DNA from: an uncultured Opitutales bacterium
GTDB lineage: Bacteria > Verrucomicrobiota > Verrucomicrobiia > Opitutales > Intestinicryptomonadaceae
Direction: 5' to 3'
Length of the DNA: 32,000 nt
NCBI GenBank assembly: GCA_934613415.1
Contig: CAKTSY010000002.1
Coordinates: forward strand, 150,001 to 182,000
Shown: in pieces, positions 24,767 through 32,000 of the stretch
How the letters are laid out: every line of letters starts with the position of its first letter
Position numbering within the stretch: the stretch's first letter is position 1
The notes under the pieces: generated by a model
The model's input: only the letters and a program-made list of their open reading frames with translations
Databases searched by the model: none
Told to the model about the DNA's origin: nothing
Translations under genes and position numbers: made by a program

Positions 24767-25441
24767 ATGAAGAAGATAATGCTTGCATTTTTTGCGTTTG
24801 CGCTTGCGGGTTTTGCCGCGCTAAACGCCGAAACAGTAACGAAAAACATTTGGCTTAATAAAGCAAAAAGCACCTATGGCCCCGACGGGCACGGAGGGCA
24901 GTGGGCCGTAAATAGCAAGATTAAGTTGGGCAACTACTATGCCGGCGGAGAGTCGTACCTGCAATTTAACCTTTACGAAATTGATATTTCGGCCGAATCC
25001 ATTGGGCAGATAGATTCCATAACTTGCAAGAAAATCGGCAATTTTAGTACTCCCAGTAATGGCGAAGCCGATGTTCCCGGCGATTTGCCCGCTTTTTGTC
25101 TGGAAATATTTGCGGGCGCAACGGGCGACGCCAAAGCCGACTATGACGGCGCAAAATTAACATCGCTTGGTAAATTTTCGGGGCTAACTACAAAAGATTT
25201 TACGGACGGTTTTACGCTTGAAAATCTCGATATAGATTTATCCGACGAAGACTATTTTACCATTGCAATTTCGATAGACACTTCGCTAATTCCCGAATTG
25301 GCGTCGGGCGGTATGGGCATGGAAGGGCTAACTACGGTTAGGTTTACGCTTACGGAATATGTAGTGCCAGAACCCTCTACATATGCCGCAATATTCGGCA
25401 TGTTGGCTTTGGGCTTTGCAGTTTACAGGCGTCGCAAGTAG
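24767..25441 (+). CDS. PEP-CTERM sorting-domain protein (secreted, exosortase substrate type)
   Basis: 224 aa. N-terminal signal peptide MKKIMLAFFAFALAGFAALNA. The C-terminus VPEPSTYAAIFGMLALGFAVYRRRK is PEP motif + TM helix + Arg cluster. Confidence 0.85.
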   Translation: MKKIMLAFFAFALAGFAALNAETVTKNIWLNKAKSTYGPDGHGGQWAVNSKIKLGNYYAGGESYLQFNLYEIDISAESIGQIDSITCKKIGNFSTPSNGEADVPGDLPAFCLEIFAGATGDAKADYDGAKLTSLGKFSGLTTKDFTDGFTLENLDIDLSDEDYFTIAISIDTSLIPELASGGMGMEGLTTVRFTLTEYVVPEPSTYAAIFGMLALGFAVYRRRK

Positions 25442-25469
25442 TGTTAAGCAATATAGAAAATTTTTAAAA

Positions 25470-25501
25470 TGTGTGTTTAAAGGAACACGCATTTTTTTTT
25501 T
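25470..25501 (+). terminator. Rho-independent terminator of the PEP-CTERM gene
   Basis: TGTGTGTT-taaagg-AACACGCA (8 bp including one G-U pair) followed by a run of 10 T. Confidence 0.75.
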
Positions 25502-25540
25502 GCGGTGAAAACTTGCGCTAAAAACCCAAGCTTTGCCGCA

Positions 25541-25580
25541 AAAAACAAAAAAGCCTTTTTGGAAATTCCCCAAAAGGCTT
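25541..25580 (-). terminator. Rho-independent terminator of the FAD oxidoreductase gene
   Basis: On the minus strand: AGCCTTTTGG-ggaattt-CCAAAAAGGCT (one bulged base) followed by TTTTTGTTTTT. Confidence 0.55.
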
Positions 25581-25606
25581 TGTTTGTAAATGTGCCGTTG
25601 TCTTCT

Positions 25607-27034
25607 TTAGGCTTTTGCGTTGGGCAAAAATGCGCCTATTTTAAGCAGCGATTTTTGAAGCTTCTTTACATCTATATCGTGTACCGAAACTTTTGCGTCG
25701 GCCGCCTGACACGCCGCCAAGCCCGCCGCTTGCCCCATAATGTAGCAGGCGGGCATAACTCTTACAGAGCCGTGAACCAAATGGTCTGCCGAAACGCAGC
25801 GGCCTGCAACCAACAGGTTGTCTATGCCCTTCGGCGTTAAGATTCTATAGGGAATGCCGTAGCTTTCGCCCTTCTTGTATCTGTAGAGTCTGTCGAAGTC
25901 TCGGCGGTGCTTTTCGTATTCTGCCATATCGCCGCCCGAGGGGTGAATGTCTATTGGGTAGGCATAGCGGCCTATTTCGTCGTCGAACACGGCGCGCTTT
26001 TTATAGTCTTCAAAATTAAGAACATAGTCGCCCATAATGCGGCGCGTTTCTCTAACGCCAAGCAGCGAGCCAGTGCCTATAAGCTTTGCCTTTTCAAAAC
26101 CTTCTATATACTTGTTGTAGTAGTTTTCAAACTCTATAAGGGTTTTGCGCGATTCTACCAAAGCCTTGGTTACCGATTTTTCGTCGGTGCCGTCTACATT
26201 AAAGGCGTGGCTTATGTTCGAAACGCCTATGTTGTCGCCAAGCTGGTAGGTGCCTGTCATATGGTAGTCGGGCACGGTAAATACGCCGTCTTTAATTGCC
26301 TGGGCAAGTTTATAGCCCTGGGGCTGGGGGTTGTCTTTGGGCATAACGGCGTGCCACTTTTTCCAGTCTATGCCACCCCAAACGCCGCAAAGGGTAGCGG
26401 GTATGCAGCCTTCGTTAGAGGGTGTCATTTCCCACTTTGCCCCGGCTTGTACCGCCATGTCGCCGTTGCCCGTGCAGTCGATATAAACTTTGGCTTTTAC
26501 GGCAAAAACGCCGCTGGGTGCGCAGCACAAAACGTAGTCTATCTTATTACCCGTTTTCTTTACCGCCATAAGCGTTGTCTGAAAGGTGAATTTTGCGCCC
26601 GACTTTAGCATTAAGTCGTCGTAAATGCGCTTAAGGGCTTCGATATCGTTGGCTTCGCCACCTATGCGGCGGTTTTTCCTGAGCGAGTCGATAATTCTGC
26701 GGCCAAAGCCCGCGCAAAGAAAGTTTTTGCCGTCGGTTAGCTGCATAAATACGGGAACTTTTGCCGCCGTGCCCATGCCGCCCAGGCACGAATGCGATTC
26801 TGCCAAAAATACGCTATGGCCAGTTTCTGCCGCGCTAACTGCAGTGGCGCACCCGGCAGGGCCGCCGCCCGCAACAAAAACGTCTACATTATATTTTACG
26901 GGAAATTCGCTGCTAAACGAAACCGTATCTGCCGAATCGTTTTTGCAGCCAATAGTTGTTTGTGTTATTGCGCCGGCTGCAACCATTGCGGCCGCCCCCT
27001 TTATGTATTCTCTCCTGCTGATTTTGTTTTTCAT
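25607..27034 (-). CDS. Tat-exported FAD-dependent oxidoreductase (FAD_oxidored / PF12831-like)
   Basis: 475 aa. The twin-arginine motif SRREYIKGAAAMVAAGAI is followed by TTIGC (a possible lipidation Cys). Dinucleotide-binding motif VFVAGGGPAGCATAVSAAETG; also CLGGMGT. Confidence 0.8.
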   Translation of the reverse strand: MKNKISRREYIKGAAAMVAAGAITQTTIGCKNDSADTVSFSSEFPVKYNVDVFVAGGGPAGCATAVSAAETGHSVFLAESHSCLGGMGTAAKVPVFMQLTDGKNFLCAGFGRRIIDSLRKNRRIGGEANDIEALKRIYDDLMLKSGAKFTFQTTLMAVKKTGNKIDYVLCCAPSGVFAVKAKVYIDCTGNGDMAVQAGAKWEMTPSNEGCIPATLCGVWGGIDWKKWHAVMPKDNPQPQGYKLAQAIKDGVFTVPDYHMTGTYQLGDNIGVSNISHAFNVDGTDEKSVTKALVESRKTLIEFENYYNKYIEGFEKAKLIGTGSLLGVRETRRIMGDYVLNFEDYKKRAVFDDEIGRYAYPIDIHPSGGDMAEYEKHRRDFDRLYRYKKGESYGIPYRILTPKGIDNLLVAGRCVSADHLVHGSVRVMPACYIMGQAAGLAACQAADAKVSVHDIDVKKLQKSLLKIGAFLPNAKA

Positions 27035-27214
27035 ATATAGTCTTTCGTATTCAAAAATAGTTTAATTATACGTTTAACGTGTATCCTTTTACTTTCTTAA
27101 TTTTGCAAAGTCAACAATTTTTTTAGAAAAAGCCAAAACAACCCAAATAAAACGATTTAAAACGCAAAAACAGAGCCAAAACTTGCTGCAAGGCAAGAAA
27201 GTTGCCTATAGTTC

Positions 27215-27604
27215 TTATTGTTTAGTTTCGAGATTGTCGGGCACAAACTTTGCAAAGACAAAGTCGCCTATTTCGGGCGCGCCCTGTGTAATATCCATTG
27301 CGCGCATATATTGGCGGCTTAAGTTTGTGTAGTTTAAAAGTGCCGAAATTTCGCCGTTTGCCGAGCGCGAATAAAAGTAGGTGTTGCCCTCGCCAAAAGG
27401 AATTTGATTTGTAATTCGCACAACGGCAATTTTGCCGTCTATATCGGCAATGTAGCCTATTTTTTGGAAAACTTCGCGCGGGGTAAGCATTTCTTTAGCA
27501 GCCGCCTTTGCCGTGGGCGAAACTTTTATAGACGTAAAGTCTTTTGGCCTTGCGCTGCAAATGCAAAATGCCGCCAAAAAAAATACTGCAATTTTAAAAA
27601 GCAT
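27215..27604 (-). CDS. Small secreted hypothetical protein immediately downstream of rpoD
   Basis: I prefer the ATG at 27604 (MLFKIAVFFLAAFCICSA signal peptide), giving 129 aa. The track start at 27646 would add a non-signal extension. No recognisable family. Confidence 0.5.
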   Translation of the reverse strand: MLFKIAVFFLAAFCICSARPKDFTSIKVSPTAKAAAKEMLTPREVFQKIGYIADIDGKIAVVRITNQIPFGEGNTYFYSRSANGEISALLNYTNLSRQYMRAMDITQGAPEIGDFVFAKFVPDNLETKQ

Positions 27605-27650
27605 TGTAAAAAACTGCGCCTGTTGCCGAGTTGGCAAAAGGCGCAAAATG

Positions 27651-29843
27651 TTATTCTTTTTCCTGTTTAAATTGGTCGTAGCCGGGGCCCGAAGTATCTA
27701 CTTCGGCTTCGAAAAAGCCGTGAAGCTGGCGTATTCTTGTGGGGTGGCGCATTTTGCGCAATGCCTTTGCCTCTATTTGCCTTATTCTTTCGCGCGTTAC
27801 GTTAAACTGTTTGCCTACTTCTTCGAGAGTTCTCGAATAGCCGTCTTGCAAACCGAAACGCAGGCTTAAGACGCTGCGCTCTCTTTGCGTAAGCGAGCTT
27901 AAAACGTTCATCATCTTTTCGCGCAAAAGCGAATAGGCCGTCATATCGTAGGGGTTTTCGGCTCCTTTGTCTTCTATAAAGTCGCCAAAGTTTGTGTCGT
28001 CGGAATCGCCTACGGGGCTTTGCAGCGAAATGGGCTGCTGCGCCATTTTCATTATTGCCTGAACCCTTTCTACTGGCAGCTGCATTTCGTTAGAAACTTC
28101 TTCGGCGGTAGGTTCGTGGCCGAGCTCTTGCAAAAGCTGCTTTTGAACCTGCATAACCTTGTTTAAAGTTTCTATCATATGCACGGGAATGCGAATTGTC
28201 CTTGCCTGGTCGGCAATAGAGCGGGTAATTGCCTGCCTAATCCACCAAGTAGCGTAGGTAGAAAACTTGTAGCCGCGTTTGTATTCAAACTTTTCTACGG
28301 CTTTCATTAGCCCCATATTGCCTTCCTGAATAAGGTCTAAGAAATTCAAGCCCCTGTTTGTATATTTCTTTGCAATAGAAATTACCAACCTAAGGTTTGC
28401 CCTAACCATTTCGGTTTTCGCCTTGTGGGCTTCTCTCATAGAGCTTTTTACAAGCTTTACAAGGTCTACAAGCTCTTCGGGCTTCATTCTTATTTGGCTT
28501 TCTATTTCGCGCAATCTGCTGGCATACTTTTCCATATCCGCCGACTTTGCGTGCTTGCCGATTTTTTCCAACGCGCTGCGCTTATATAAAAGGTCTTCTA
28601 TCTCCTGCAAAAGCGGGTTTAAAGTTTCGAGATATTCTTCGAACACCTTCATCTTAAAGTGGTATTTTTTGAAGATGTCTTTTAACTTTAGCTCTAGATT
28701 TTTAAACTGCGTTAAATGGCGTTTTTTAAGGCTTTCGTTTGTAGCGTTTTCGTAGCCTTCCCAAGCTTTTGTAAGCTTAGTTTCCATATCTTCGGCTTCT
28801 TCGATAACCTTGGGCAGTTCCTTAAAGTAGTTTTCGCGGCTGTCTACCTTTTTGTCGAGAACTATTTTGTCGAAACGCTCCTCTCTTTGAACGAGTTTCT
28901 TTGCCAAGTCGAGCTGGTAGGCGTTTGTAAGCGCAACCGAAAACAGGGCTTTTGTTGCCTTTGTTTCGGCCTGCTCTATGCGCTTTGAAATTTGCACTTC
29001 TTCGTCGCGCGAGAGCAGGGGAACTTGCCCCATCTGCTTTAGATACATTCTTACAGGGTCGTCGAGATTGTCGGAGGCGCTTGCCTTTACCTGCTTTTCC
29101 TCCTGCTCGGTTTGGCGGCGTTTAAAGGCTTCAACGTCGTCTTTGTCGAGAATGTCTATGTCGAGCGTTTCAAGAATGTTCATTACGCTTTCAAGCTCTT
29201 TTGGGTCTCCCAAAATGTCGGAAAGCGAAGAATTTATATCTTGAATTGTAAGGTAGCCTTGCTGTTTTGAAAAGTGAATTAAAGCCCTAATTCTGTCGTT
29301 AAGGAAGCGTTTGCGCTCCATAAGCGTCATATTTTCGGCAGACTTGGGCTGGGCTGCGTGCAGTTCGGCCTCTAAAACTTCTTTTGCCTTTTTTATGGTT
29401 TTAGTGGGCTTAATTTCCTTCTTGGCTTCGTGGGCTTCGGGAACTGCAGCTTCGGCCTTTTTTGCGGGCTTTTCTACCGCCTTGGCGGGAGCTTTTTTTA
29501 TTTCTGCCTTTTTAGGGGCAACGGGTTTTGCCGCGGCTTTTTTGGGCTCGGGCTTTGCAACCGCCTTTTTGACTGGGGCTTTTGCCTGAACTTTTTTCGC
29601 GGGTTTTTTTACCTCTTTTTTAGGCGCGCTTTTTGCGACGGGCTTTGCAGCCTTTTTTGCAACGGCGGCCTTAACTTGTTTTTTTGGCGAAACGGCGGGC
29701 TTTTTGGGAGCAGGCTTTTTTGCCGCAACTTTGGGGGTTGCAACTTTTTTCGGCTTGGCTACGGCCGCGCTTTTTGCGGCAGGTTTTTTTGCCGCATTTT
29801 TAGAAGTTTTTGTTTCGTTCTTATTGGGTTTCTTACTCGCCAT
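27651..29843 (-). CDS. rpoD: Primary RNA polymerase sigma factor RpoD (sigma-70) with a long Lys/Ala/Pro-rich N-terminal extension
   Basis: Region 1.2 [11 protein letters not shown]. Region 2 [58 protein letters not shown]. Region 3 [10 protein letters not shown]. Region 4 LSLRFGL...[30 protein letters not shown]. The track start at 29858 is a TTG; the first ATG is at 29843 (MASKKPNK). Confidence 0.95.
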   Translation of the reverse strand: MASKKPNKNETKTSKNAAKKPAAKSAAVAKPKKVATPKVAAKKPAPKKPAVSPKKQVKAAVAKKAAKPVAKSAPKKEVKKPAKKVQAKAPVKKAVAKPEPKKAAAKPVAPKKAEIKKAPAKAVEKPAKKAEAAVPEAHEAKKEIKPTKTIKKAKEVLEAELHAAQPKSAENMTLMERKRFLNDRIRALIHFSKQQGYLTIQDINSSLSDILGDPKELESVMNILETLDIDILDKDDVEAFKRRQTEQEEKQVKASASDNLDDPVRMYLKQMGQVPLLSRDEEVQISKRIEQAETKATKALFSVALTNAYQLDLAKKLVQREERFDKIVLDKKVDSRENYFKELPKVIEEAEDMETKLTKAWEGYENATNESLKKRHLTQFKNLELKLKDIFKKYHFKMKVFEEYLETLNPLLQEIEDLLYKRSALEKIGKHAKSADMEKYASRLREIESQIRMKPEELVDLVKLVKSSMREAHKAKTEMVRANLRLVISIAKKYTNRGLNFLDLIQEGNMGLMKAVEKFEYKRGYKFSTYATWWIRQAITRSIADQARTIRIPVHMIETLNKVMQVQKQLLQELGHEPTAEEVSNEMQLPVERVQAIMKMAQQPISLQSPVGDSDDTNFGDFIEDKGAENPYDMTAYSLLREKMMNVLSSLTQRERSVLSLRFGLQDGYSRTLEEVGKQFNVTRERIRQIEAKALRKMRHPTRIRQLHGFFEAEVDTSGPGYDQFKQEKE
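29448..29837 (-). repeat. Low-complexity coding repeat: about 130 codons of degenerate A/K/P/V units (KKPA, AKPV, PKK) within the rpoD 5' end
   Basis: The translation reads [115 protein letters not shown]. The DNA is a run of GCnTTTTT(T)-type imperfect repeats. Confidence 0.8.
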
Positions 29844-29850
29844 ATATTTA

Positions 29851-31716
29851 TTATTCAAGTTTCCAAGGGTAATCTTGCAAAGATTTTTGCCAAATTTTAA
29901 GATTTTTTAAAATTTCCATCAGTTTGTCTGGTGCAATTCCCGAATCTCGCAACTGCGCATTCAGGGCGGCTATATGCTTTCTACAATGCTTTTTCCATAT
30001 TCTTTCGGCGCACTCGTTGGCCTCGCGCACAACGTCGTCGCTAGATACTTCCTCTTTAGATAAAATTTCGTAGACAAGGTTTTTTTCATCTTCGCTTTCG
30101 AGAACTGAGTCGAACGAAGACACCGAAAACTCTATGCCTTCTTTCGTGCACGCCAAATATTTGGCGAGAACAGTCCCCGCCAAAGAAGACGTGTCTACCC
30201 ATTCGTCGGAAATTATTTCCGCCAAACGGTTTCCCACTTTCTCATTATGTAAGCATATAAATAAAGTGTCATATTCGGCGTTTGTCAATATTCCTCGTTG
30301 TTTTTTATTTACAACAATATTCGGAATTTCGCCGCCGTGTTGGGCAAACCTGCTTTTCTTTGCCATATATTCGCCAAAATCGCGCATAGCCCCCGTGTAG
30401 TCGGCACCTATTGCCGAGGCTGCCATTTGTATATAGTCGCTACGCACAACATTTGAAGGCGAGGCACTTACAATTTCAAATATAGAGTTTAGCGCGTTTA
30501 TTTTGCCCTGCGGCGAAGACGAATCGAAGTCGGCTTTAAAAAGCTTTTCGCATACAAAACTTACCGCGTTTTCGGCGCGGTCTATAACGCTTTGCATTTC
30601 GCTAGCCCCGTATTTTTGTATGAAAGAATCTGGGTCTTCCTTGCTGTCTGAGCCGTCTTTGGCTCGCAAAACCGCAGCCATAGGCTCTATGCCTGCCGCC
30701 AGACAAATGGGCAAAACCCTTAATATTGCGGCTTGACCGGCTCTATCGGAATCTAGCAGCAGCACAACTTTGCCCACATGGTTTTTTATAAGCGCAAAAT
30801 GCCCTTCGCCTAGGGCTGTGCCTTGCCCTGCAACCGTGTTTTCGAAGCCCGAAATGCTCATTCTTACGGCGTCTAGTTGGCCTTCTACAATAATAAAATA
30901 GCCTTTTTCTACCGCCTTTGCTCGCGCGTTGTATAGGTTAAATAAAATGTTCTTTTTCGAGAATACGGGGGTTTCGGGCGTATTAATATATTTGCCCTCC
31001 TCGTAGTCCATATCGGTGGGGGTTTTTTCGGTCTTGCGCGCGGAAAAGCCTATTATTTGCCCGTTTTTGTCGGTAATGGGAATTGTCAAACGCCCCCTAA
31101 AGCGCGGCAACATTCCAGCCAGCGACGACCCGTGCTTGTTCGAAAAAAACAGCCCGCACTTTTCGTAGGCTTCGTTGGAATAGCCCTTTTTTAGAAGGCT
31201 ATTTTTAAAGTTGTCCCAATTTAGCGGGGCAAAGCCAATTCTGAATTTTTTTGCCGTCTCCAAATCAAATCGGCGTTCGTTTGTCCAATAATCGCGTATG
31301 TAGCTATTGTTTTCTGCAAAGAAATTTTCCTGAAAATAGGCGCAGGCAAGCTCGTTTATTTCCCATATCTGCTTTTTAAGCGAGCGCGTTGCAGCAGCCG
31401 ATTCGCCGCCGCGCGGTTTTTCGTATTCAAGAGTTATGTTGAACTTGTCGGCAATAAATTCTACCGCTTCGGGGAACGACAGGTTTTCCTTTGTCTGCAC
31501 AAACTTAAAGATGTCGCCGCCTTGGCTTGTGCTAAAGCAATAGTAAAGGTTTTTTGCGGTATCTACATAAAACGAAGGCGTTTTTTCGTTGCTAAAGGGG
31601 CTTAGCCCAACATAGCGGCCGCCGCGCTTTTTCAAGTTTACATAGTTCGACACAAGAGAATAGATGTCTACTTTGTCTCTTACTTCGTCTATGCTCGACT
31701 GTTTTATTATTGCCAT
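29851..31716 (-). CDS. dnaG: DNA primase DnaG
   Basis: 621 aa. N-terminal primase zinc-binding-domain scaffold ([13 protein letters not shown]...[11 protein letters not shown]). RNA polymerase domain ([30 protein letters not shown]). TOPRIM ([12 protein letters not shown]..., [12 protein letters not shown]). The stop lies 7 nt upstream of the rpoD ATG. Confidence 0.9.
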   Translation of the reverse strand: MAIIKQSSIDEVRDKVDIYSLVSNYVNLKKRGGRYVGLSPFSNEKTPSFYVDTAKNLYYCFSTSQGGDIFKFVQTKENLSFPEAVEFIADKFNITLEYEKPRGGESAAATRSLKKQIWEINELACAYFQENFFAENNSYIRDYWTNERRFDLETAKKFRIGFAPLNWDNFKNSLLKKGYSNEAYEKCGLFFSNKHGSSLAGMLPRFRGRLTIPITDKNGQIIGFSARKTEKTPTDMDYEEGKYINTPETPVFSKKNILFNLYNARAKAVEKGYFIIVEGQLDAVRMSISGFENTVAGQGTALGEGHFALIKNHVGKVVLLLDSDRAGQAAILRVLPICLAAGIEPMAAVLRAKDGSDSKEDPDSFIQKYGASEMQSVIDRAENAVSFVCEKLFKADFDSSSPQGKINALNSIFEIVSASPSNVVRSDYIQMAASAIGADYTGAMRDFGEYMAKKSRFAQHGGEIPNIVVNKKQRGILTNAEYDTLFICLHNEKVGNRLAEIISDEWVDTSSLAGTVLAKYLACTKEGIEFSVSSFDSVLESEDEKNLVYEILSKEEVSSDDVVREANECAERIWKKHCRKHIAALNAQLRDSGIAPDKLMEILKNLKIWQKSLQDYPWKLE

Positions 31717-31746
31717 TAAATGCCGAAATTGCGCGCTTATGTAAGT

Positions 31747-32000
31747 TTAATCCGTTAAAGCCGAGCCTATCTGCGAGGGTTTAAATGTCGGGAAGGTTCC
31801 ATCTAAAAGATTTTTAAGTTCTTGTTGCGCCGCAGAATATAGCGGGTGCAGCCTTTGGGCGTTGTCCAAAAACTTTTCGTAAAAATACTTTGCCTCCCTT
31901 GCATTTTGCATAATCGCGTAGGTTCTTGCCAAACCGAGCATAATTTCGCTGCAATAGGGGAACTTTTCGTGCGCCAAGTAAAGCTTGTTTAAAAATACTT
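31747..32000 (-). CDS. C-terminal fragment of a TPR-like hypothetical protein; the ORF stays open to the right window edge
   Basis: The track start at 31977 is a TTG, and I checked that the frame stays open up to position 32000. LGLARTYAIMQNAREAKYFYEKFL looks like a TPR-like helix pair. Located 30 nt upstream of dnaG. Confidence 0.4.
   Translation of the reverse strand, partial: VFLNKLYLAHEKFPYCSEIMLGLARTYAIMQNAREAKYFYEKFLDNAQRLHPLYSAAQQELKNLLDGTFPTFKPSQIGSALTD

Noticed and set aside
25907-26608. A 233-aa plus-strand ORF antisense to the FAD oxidoreductase gene. The same applies to the 187-aa minus-strand ORF 23448-24011 antisense to the Fe-ADH gene.
   Set aside because: Both are embedded in confident genes. 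Their translations are Arg/Cys/Phe/Val-rich nonsense without motifs. They are most likely shadow ORFs.
27070-27080. The palindrome ACGTT-T-AACGT upstream of the FAD oxidoreductase gene.
   Set aside because: With 5-bp arms it is expected many times by chance in 32 kb. It is not worth calling as an operator without conservation data.
29311-29910. Three overlapping plus-strand ORFs (92, 156 and 68 aa) rich in F/G/A/L, opposite the rpoD 5' end.
   Set aside because: They are reverse-complement shadows of the K/A/P low-complexity repeat: AAA/GCC/CCC codons give TTT/GGC/GGG on the other strand. There is no independent support for them.
1-32000. A search by eye for CRISPR arrays, rRNA/tRNA/tmRNA/RNase P/SRP RNA signatures, IS elements, toxin-antitoxin pairs and known defence-system genes.
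   Set aside because: I found no regularly spaced direct repeats, no conserved structural-RNA motifs in intergenic DNA, no transposase or integrase other than XerC/D, and no small paired ORFs. Every large ORF has a housekeeping or envelope-related assignment, or is a secreted hypothetical protein.

Overview
The window reads as a densely packed chromosomal core region of a bacterium with roughly mid-40s % GC (estimated by eye). I support about 24 protein-coding genes. I found no rRNA, tRNA, CRISPR array, transposase or prophage genes.

Left part: a truncated lgt on the minus strand. It is followed by an eight-gene, co-directional plus-strand array with 0-35 nt spacers or overlapping start/stop codons: class-III aminotransferase, yggS, aroE, prepilin peptidase, XerC/D recombinase, malQ and ptsI.

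Middle part, all on the minus strand: a secreted DUF4838-like protein, a eukaryote-type UDP-glucose 6-dehydrogenase, a three-gene lipoprotein operon (COG3014-like, YcfL/DUF1425-like, LpoB-like), and directly upstream of it a tetR-MFP-RND-OMF efflux operon.

Right part: a 609-nt non-coding gap, then a DUF4405-like membrane protein / Fe-alcohol dehydrogenase / signal-peptide flavodoxin operon. After that come a PEP-CTERM protein, a Tat-signal FAD oxidoreductase, a small secreted hypothetical, and the dnaG-rpoD operon preceded by a TPR-like gene fragment.

Lineage guess (low confidence): PVC-type, Lentisphaerota or Verrucomicrobiota-like. The basis is the PEP-CTERM sorting signal, the Tat-FAD_oxidored protein, the DUF4838-like protein, an orphan PtsI, an orphan prepilin peptidase and near-absence of Shine-Dalgarno motifs.

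I do not see a classical accessory or defence island. The most unusual things I can support are:
- rpoD has a roughly 170-residue Lys/Ala/Pro-rich, histone-H1-like N-terminal tail.
- DnaG has lost three of the four canonical zinc ligands in its zinc-binding domain.
- The lipoprotein trio is physically joined to the TetR-regulated RND operon.
- The membrane protein / ADH / exported flavodoxin operon could be a trans-membrane redox module.
- The hexamer TTTTGC/GCAAAA is strongly over-represented across the window.

All functional calls come from motif recognition by eye. No database searches were run.
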